Made by a program: the position numbers and the translations under genes | Source: Bacteroidales bacterium | Lineage (GTDB): Bacteria > Bacteroidota > Bacteroidia > Bacteroidales > VadinHA17 | Length of the DNA stretch: 64,000 nt | Assembly (NCBI GenBank): GCA_017999895.1 | Contig: JAGNKY010000012.1 | Location: 4,308 to 68,307 of the forward strand | Reading direction: 5' to 3' | In this document: piece after piece, positions 59,213-64,000 of the stretch | Numbering within the stretch: position 1 is the stretch's first letter | Layout: each line of letters opens with the position of its first letter | Notes under the pieces: generated by a model | Told to the model about the DNA's origin: nothing | Databases searched by the model: none | What the model saw: only the letters and a program-made list of their open reading frames with translations

Positions 59213-60031
59213 ATGGTTTTACGCCACATTATAAAATTTATTCATTTAATTATCCTTACACCTGCAGTTATATTTCCCTTATCCGGACAGGAAATCTCCA
59301 AACAAACCGGAGAACTTGCAAGATTTACGGTATCTGAAGCAAAACAGGCAGTGGCGGTCGACAAAAGCTGTTTTTACGTCATCAATAACAGTACCATCAC
59401 AAAACACGACAAAAAGAGCGGGCTACTGACAACTAAATGGGATGGATCGGAAGAAGGAATTTCCCATCTTAACAGCGGTGTGGTGATAAGAGGACGATTA
59501 TACTGCGCTTCTTCAAATTATCCTGCTTCACCTATGGCAAGCTCAATAGAAATCTTCGATGCAAAAACTCTCAAACATTTAGGTAACCATAGTTTCGGCA
59601 TCTATGCAGGATCTGCAACATGGATAGATAAATACGACGGATGCTGGTATGTCGGTTTCGCACACTATACGGGCACAGGCTCAAGTGAGGGCAAAGATAC
59701 GCGCTGGACATCTGTCATTAAATTCAATAAAAAATGGCAACAAATTGAAGCATGGATATTTCCTGATAATATAATCGAACTCTTTAAACCAAAAAGTAAT
59801 TCGGGTGCCGCATGGGGATTTGATGGCAGATTATACTGTACCGGACACGACCGTCCGGAAATATACGTCATGGAAATCCCAAACACGGGTTTTACTCTTA
59901 AACATGTAAAAACTCTTACTGTGCCAGTATATGGACAGGGAATTGCCTTCGACCGATCAGTGAAAAATAAGAAGATAATTTATGGCATAGACAGAATTAA
60001 TAACCAGGTGATTTCTTTTGAAATTAAGTGA
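59213..60031 (+). CDS. Secreted hypothetical protein (beta-rich)
   Basis: 272 aa with a signal-like N-terminus (IHLIILTPAVIFPLSG). I recognise no motif. It starts 16 nt after the leuB stop. Confidence 0.45.
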   Translation: MVLRHIIKFIHLIILTPAVIFPLSGQEISKQTGELARFTVSEAKQAVAVDKSCFYVINNSTITKHDKKSGLLTTKWDGSEEGISHLNSGVVIRGRLYCASSNYPASPMASSIEIFDAKTLKHLGNHSFGIYAGSATWIDKYDGCWYVGFAHYTGTGSSEGKDTRWTSVIKFNKKWQQIEAWIFPDNIIELFKPKSNSGAAWGFDGRLYCTGHDRPEIYVMEIPNTGFTLKHVKTLTVPVYGQGIAFDRSVKNKKIIYGIDRINNQVISFEIK

Positions 60032-60277
60032 GGTTTTTTAAACCTAATTAGTTTTAAACAAGTTTTTTCCACGCTTTTTCCAGCGTATAAGGGTTTCCCT
60101 TTTATTAATCCATTTCAAAAACGAAACAATTATTTTTATATATTTGTATCATGGCTTAATTTTTGCTTAAAAGTATTTTATTTTTTAATCGTAACATTTT
60201 TCAAACGGAGTTCTTAAAAATAATTTAAGGTTTATAGTAAACATCCGGTTGAATAAGTAGATTAAAAATAGACGATT

Positions 60278-61660
60278 ATGGAAACTTCTATTAGCAAAAA
60301 AAATTTAAAGATAATTCTGAAGTTGGCTTCGAAATTCTCTGATAAAAACTTAGTCCGAATTATTAATCTGGCTGAAAAAACTCTTTCTGACGATAAACTG
60401 ACAAGTGCTCAAATTGAAGGAATTAAGAAACTTATTCAGGAAAGACACCCTTCTGTTGAACTAATGAGAAAAATCCTTAAAGACCTTTCCAAAAACAGTA
60501 AAGATAAATTGATTGAAAATTTCTTTTTTAATGCCGTAATATATGGCCGGCAAAAGCAAAAAGAATTGAAAAGTAAATTAGGATTCAGACCTCCCTGGTT
60601 TATGGTTATCAGCCCTACCGCAAGATGCAACCTGAACTGCAATGGCTGTTATGCAGGTAGTTATGTAAAAGATGAAGGTCTCTCTTTTGAAATTGTGGAC
60701 AGAGTATTAACCGAAGCAAAAGAACTTAGTATCTATTTTGTTACTATTTCGGGCGGAGAACCATACATGTGGCCTCATTTGTTGAAAATATTCGAAAAAC
60801 ATAATGACATGTATTTTCAGACCTATACAAATGGCACCTTGTTAGATAAGGAAATGGTGGAAAAATTAGCAAAATTAGGAAATGTTGCACCAGCTATATC
60901 AATTGAAGGTCTTGAAAAAGAAACAGATGAAAGAAGAGGGAAAGGTACATTCAATAAGGTGATGCGGGCAATGGATAATCTGAAAAATGCCGGAGTTCTG
61001 TTTGGATTTTCTGCCACACCTACAAAATACACCACTAAAACCTTAATGTCCGATGAATTTATTGATTTAATGATTGAAAAAGGGTGCTCTTTCGGCTGGT
61101 TTTTCCAGTATGTACCTATTGGCAAAAAGCCGGACGTAAGCTTAATGTCAACTCCAGAGCAGAGAAATAAGCTCAGGGACAGAATACATGAGATCAGACG
61201 AACCAAACCTATCTTCATCGGCGACTTCTGGAACGACGCTCCATTTGTGGGTGGTTGTATTTCTGGCGCAAGGCCTGGAGGATATTTCCATATTAATTGT
61301 CATGGAGATATCGAACCTTGCGTATTCCTGCAATTTTCAACAGACAATATTAAAGACAAAAAATTAATCGATGTCATTCAGTCATCATTCTTTAAGGCTT
61401 TACAAGAAGCACAGCCATATTGCAAAAATAAAAACCTTCTTGCACCATGCGCATTAATTGACCATCCTGAGGTTCTAAGAGATATCGTTAAGAGATATAA
61501 CGCTAAACCATCATATAACGGAAGCGACGAGGTTATTACTAATCCGGAAATATGCAAATTCCTCGACAAATATTCCAGAGAATTCATAAATTTAACCGAT
61601 CCTGTGTGGGAAAAGGAATATGATCCTTCTAAACATAAACACTGGAAGGAATTCGCTTAG
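60278..61660 (+). CDS. Radical SAM enzyme with an N-terminal helical extension and a C-terminal Cys-rich (SPASM/twitch-like) region
   Basis: 460 aa. The CxxxCxxC motif is ARCNLNCNGCYAG, with a SAM-binding GGEP (TISGGEPYMW). Further cysteines occur in GGCISG...HINCHGDIEPCVF...PYC...APCA. Confidence 0.8.
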   Translation: METSISKKNLKIILKLASKFSDKNLVRIINLAEKTLSDDKLTSAQIEGIKKLIQERHPSVELMRKILKDLSKNSKDKLIENFFFNAVIYGRQKQKELKSKLGFRPPWFMVISPTARCNLNCNGCYAGSYVKDEGLSFEIVDRVLTEAKELSIYFVTISGGEPYMWPHLLKIFEKHNDMYFQTYTNGTLLDKEMVEKLAKLGNVAPAISIEGLEKETDERRGKGTFNKVMRAMDNLKNAGVLFGFSATPTKYTTKTLMSDEFIDLMIEKGCSFGWFFQYVPIGKKPDVSLMSTPEQRNKLRDRIHEIRRTKPIFIGDFWNDAPFVGGCISGARPGGYFHINCHGDIEPCVFLQFSTDNIKDKKLIDVIQSSFFKALQEAQPYCKNKNLLAPCALIDHPEVLRDIVKRYNAKPSYNGSDEVITNPEICKFLDKYSREFINLTDPVWEKEYDPSKHKHWKEFA

Positions 61661-61723
61661 ACTTTTGTGGAATTTTTAAATAATCGAACATAATTGACCA
61701 ACTTTAAGATATAGGGCTTTAGA

Positions 61724-62083
61724 ATGAAAATAGATATTATCGAGGAAAATGGAATCAAAATTGCAATATTGAGATCTTCAGATGTTGTGCTACGTGAAAC
61801 ACAGGATGTTCTGGATTTAATGGCGAATGCAATATATATGGACTCCAAAAAGATTATTATAGAAAAGGATCAGATAATACCCGAGTTCTTTGACCTTAAG
61901 ACTGGAATAGCCGGCGAAATACTACAGAAATTCTCTAACTATGATGTTCAACTTGCTATCATCGGTGACTTTTCGAAATACCCGAGCAAGAGTTTTAGAG
62001 ATTTTATATTCGAGAGTAATAAATATGGTCGAATCAATTTCGTAAACACATTCGAAGAAGCTAAAGAAAAACTAAGCAGATAA
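61724..62083 (+). CDS. DUF4180-like protein
   Basis: 119 aa. DFFDLKTGIAGEILQKFSNYDVQLAIIGDFSKY...FRDFIFESNKYGRINFV matches my memory of the DUF4180 family. No function is known. Confidence 0.65.
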   Translation: MKIDIIEENGIKIAILRSSDVVLRETQDVLDLMANAIYMDSKKIIIEKDQIIPEFFDLKTGIAGEILQKFSNYDVQLAIIGDFSKYPSKSFRDFIFESNKYGRINFVNTFEEAKEKLSR

Positions 62084-62174
62084 TTGCATTGAATTCAGGC
62101 CGGATCGAACCCCATATATTGTTTGCTATACTGCAGGTACAGGTAAAAGGTAATAGGGGAAATATCGGGGAATT

Positions 62175-62411
62175 GGGTGATTGGATGATGGGGGATTGAA
62201 TTCCAGGGAAATAAGAGAATCACATATTAATAGCACGCGGATTACGCGGATTTTACGGATTTACGCTGATCCGTGAATATCCGTCGAATCCGTGTCATCG
62301 GTGTTCTGTCTGGAAATAATTCAATTCACCACTCGGAGCACGGGTCAACACGGATTTCCCCGTGCCAATCCGTGGCCTCCGTGGTAAAAAAATAAACACC
62401 CTTAACTGTAA
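62175..62411 (+). repeat. Structured ~235-bp intergenic repeat, copy A (CGGAT/ATCCG family)
   Basis: It aligns with 63296..63520. By hand count the ~160-bp core has about 16 differences. The core contains three forward CGGAT(T) units and then three ATCCG(T) units (cgcggattacgcggattttacggatttacgctgatccgtgaatatccgtcgaatccgtg). It also contains a second stem, gcacggg/cccgtgc. Confidence 0.85.
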
Positions 62412-62542
62412 CACTTTGCCAGTATTTCCCCTCCCATTTTGAAGGTTGACGAAGCAAAATACAATTCATTAAAAATTTGTGGTGAAATGTTGAACAGATT
62501 CGACTAAAATTAAATGTTTGTTTATCTTTGTATTAATAGCAA

Positions 62543-62929
62543 ATGGATAATAAAATTAAATACTGGATCGATTTGTCAGATTATGATCTGGAGACGGCAG
62601 AATCTATGCTTCAAAGCAAACGTTTTATATATGTGGGTTTTATGTGCCATCAGGCTATTGAAAAAGCCTTCAAAGCATATTATGTGAAACTCAAATCAGA
62701 TACAGCTCCTTACACTCATAATTTGTCTTACCTCGCAAAACAAGGCGATTTTTATGAGTTGTTACCGGAAAGTTACATAGAATTCATTGACCAGATAGAA
62801 CCATTGAATATTGAGGCACGTTATCCATCGCATAAAGAAAGATTATTGAAAAGTCTTACGGATTCAAAATGTGCTGAAATCATCCAGAAAACTAAAGAAA
62901 TACAAAAATGGATAAAAGAGAAGCTATAA
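62543..62929 (+). CDS. HEPN-domain protein (toxin component of a HEPN/MNT module)
   Basis: 128 aa and helical. The C-terminal EARYPSH motif resembles the (T/A)RYP signature of the classical HEPN family. It overlaps the downstream nucleotidyltransferase gene by 22 nt. Confidence 0.7.
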   Translation: MDNKIKYWIDLSDYDLETAESMLQSKRFIYVGFMCHQAIEKAFKAYYVKLKSDTAPYTHNLSYLAKQGDFYELLPESYIEFIDQIEPLNIEARYPSHKERLLKSLTDSKCAEIIQKTKEIQKWIKEKL

Positions 62930-63210
62930 ATAAAGTCAAAGCCTACAGACAATTATTGAAAGATCATTTACGCTTTGAGGATATGTACCTCTTTGGTTCG
63001 TATGCAAAGGACAATTACCATGAAGATAGTGATATTGACGTTGCTATAGTCGTGGATCATATTGAAGATGATTATTTTTCAATAGCACCCCTTTTGTGGA
63101 AACTAAGAAGACAAATTGACGATAGAATCGAACCTGTTTTAATCGAAAAAGACTTTGACGATGCCGGTTTCCTTTGCGAAATTCAAAAACATGGCATTAA
63201 AATTACCTGA
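62908..63210 (+). CDS. Minimal nucleotidyltransferase (MNT, antitoxin component)
   Basis: 100 aa. It carries the Pol-beta-type NTase signature LFGSYAKDNYHEDSDIDVAIVV (GS...DxD). Confidence 0.8.
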   Translation: MDKREAINKVKAYRQLLKDHLRFEDMYLFGSYAKDNYHEDSDIDVAIVVDHIEDDYFSIAPLLWKLRRQIDDRIEPVLIEKDFDDAGFLCEIQKHGIKIT

Positions 63211-63295
63211 CAGAATATTTAGTTTAGTATTTTGTAAGCGGCAAGATTAATTGTACGCATTATGCGGCTCATATTTTATAATTTGCACCTTAACT

Positions 63296-63520
63296 GGGTG
63301 ATTGGATTCCAGGGACATAAAAGACTTACGTACTTATCAATGGCACGTGGATTACGCGGATTTTACGGATTTACGCTGATCTGTGAAAATCCGTTGCATC
63401 TGTGTCATCAGTGTTCTATCTGGAAATAATTCAATTCACCACGGGGAGCACGGGACAACACGGATTCCCCCCGTGCAAATCCGTGGGCTCAGTGGTGAAA
63501 AAGCAACATTTTAACCGTAA
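63296..63520 (+). repeat. Structured ~225-bp intergenic repeat, copy B
   Basis: See copy A. The track ORF 63402..63602 lies inside it and is probably spurious. Confidence 0.85.
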
Positions 63521-63653
63521 GTTTCGCAAAAACCTGGAAATTTTTCTGATTGCGCAAAAGCTGAAAAAAATTTATTACATAATTTTCGATGATCTTTGTT
63601 GAATCTACAATAAGAACAGTAGAATTAGTATCTTAGCTGAAATTTTGATCAAA

Positions 63654-63974
63654 ATGATTGATAAGAAAATAATATTGACTGACTTGAAACGGAAGTTAGA
63701 GGAGTTATATCCTGATTCAGTCAGGGATGTTGTTTTATTTGGATCGCAAGCAAATAACAAAGCTAATGAATATTTAGATTATGATGTATTAATTATCCTA
63801 AATAGGAGTTATAATAAAAATGATGAAAACAGGATATTGGATATATGTTATGATATTGATTTAAAATATGATATTATAATTGATGCTCATTTAATTTCAA
63901 TTCAGGAGCTTAAAACAAAAAGAGGTAAACAGCCAATATTTGTCAATGCTCTTAAAAATGGTATTTACGCATGA
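63654..63974 (+). CDS. Minimal nucleotidyltransferase (MNT)
   Basis: The track ORF starts at a TTG (63645); the ATG at 63654 is more likely. The signature is LFGSQANNKANEYLDYDVLIIL (GS...DxD). Confidence 0.75.
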   Translation: MIDKKIILTDLKRKLEELYPDSVRDVVLFGSQANNKANEYLDYDVLIILNRSYNKNDENRILDICYDIDLKYDIIIDAHLISIQELKTKRGKQPIFVNALKNGIYA

Positions 63975-64000
63975 GTATTGACAATCAGGATAGATTAGAT
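63971..64000 (+). CDS. Start of an ORF translationally coupled to the MNT (possible HEPN partner), truncated by window end
   Basis: ATGA start/stop overlap at 63971..63974. Only MSIDNQDRLD is visible, so the identity is not determinable. Confidence 0.3.
   Translation, partial: MSIDNQDRLD

Noticed and set aside
62175-63520. The possibility that the repeats are a CRISPR array or integron attC sites flanking gene cassettes.
   Set aside because: There are only two long copies. The units are ~230 bp rather than 25-40 bp, and the 'spacer' is a 0.9-kb gene pair, so this is not CRISPR. No integrase is present. The ends (…ttaacYgtaa) do not give a convincing RYYYAAC/GTTRRRY inverse-core pair. The length also exceeds that of typical attC sites. 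The integron idea is therefore unsupported, but an attC covariance-model scan would settle it.
63402-63602. 66-aa ORF (…HGFPPCKSVGSVVKK…).
   Set aside because: It lies inside repeat copy B. The equivalent frame in copy A is not conserved as an ORF in the track, so it is a spurious translation of the repeat.
1-64000. Search for mobile-element boundaries, prophage, rRNA/tRNA genes and obvious compositional islands.
   Set aside because: No transposase, integrase or phage-like ORF, tRNA cloverleaf or rRNA-like segment was recognised by eye. Composition looks broadly uniform apart from AT-rich intergenic regions. No numerical GC scan was possible, so subtle islands cannot be excluded.

Overview
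This is a Bacteroidota-type chromosomal segment. The evidence is two SusC/SusD pairs, an ECF-sigma/FecR/STN-SusC trio, lipoprotein and Tat signals, and TAnnTTTG-like promoter boxes. By eye I found no rRNA, tRNA, CRISPR array, transposase or integrase.

Layout:
(i) 1-2.5 kb: the end of a sigma/anti-sigma-controlled SusC locus.
(ii) 3.5-6.6 kb: a three-domain outer-membrane protein (MA-type Zn-peptidase, TolB-like propeller, Omp85 barrel).
(iii) 6.9-22.3 kb: an accessory sugar-oxidation island. It holds three Gfo/Idh/MocA oxidoreductases and four xylose-isomerase-like TIM barrels, several of them Tat-exported. It also holds a Zn-ADH, an amidohydrolase, an SGNH esterase, CstA and a GH2.
(iv) 22.4-25.7 kb: a lipid-carrier glycosylation pair (GT2 plus a GT-C/TPR protein) and a small anchored protein.
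(v) 25.8-31.3 kb: a four-gene operon. It encodes a membrane tetrahaem NapC/NirT cytochrome fused to a cysteine-less FGE-fold domain, two Tat-exported Gfo/Idh/MocA dehydrogenases and a ThuA-HEAT lipoprotein. I consider this the most interesting candidate system: a possible quinone-linked periplasmic glycoside-oxidation module.
(vi) 31.3-46.6 kb: a PUL with two tandem SusC/SusD pairs, a DUF1735-like lipoprotein, a BNR propeller, an esterase and UDP-xylose synthase. It has no canonical glycoside hydrolase and no regulator.
(vii) 47.4-59.2 kb: a nine-gene ilv-leu operon preceded by a 21-codon Leu/Ile/Val-rich leader peptide with antiterminator/terminator hairpins.
(viii) 59.2-64 kb: accessory genes (a secreted protein, a radical SAM enzyme, DUF4180) and two HEPN/nucleotidyltransferase toxin-antitoxin modules. 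Each module is preceded by a ~230-bp structured CGGAT/ATCCG repeat, and degenerate copies of that repeat occur elsewhere in the window.

All functional calls rest on motif recognition in the translated ORFs. No database search was run.
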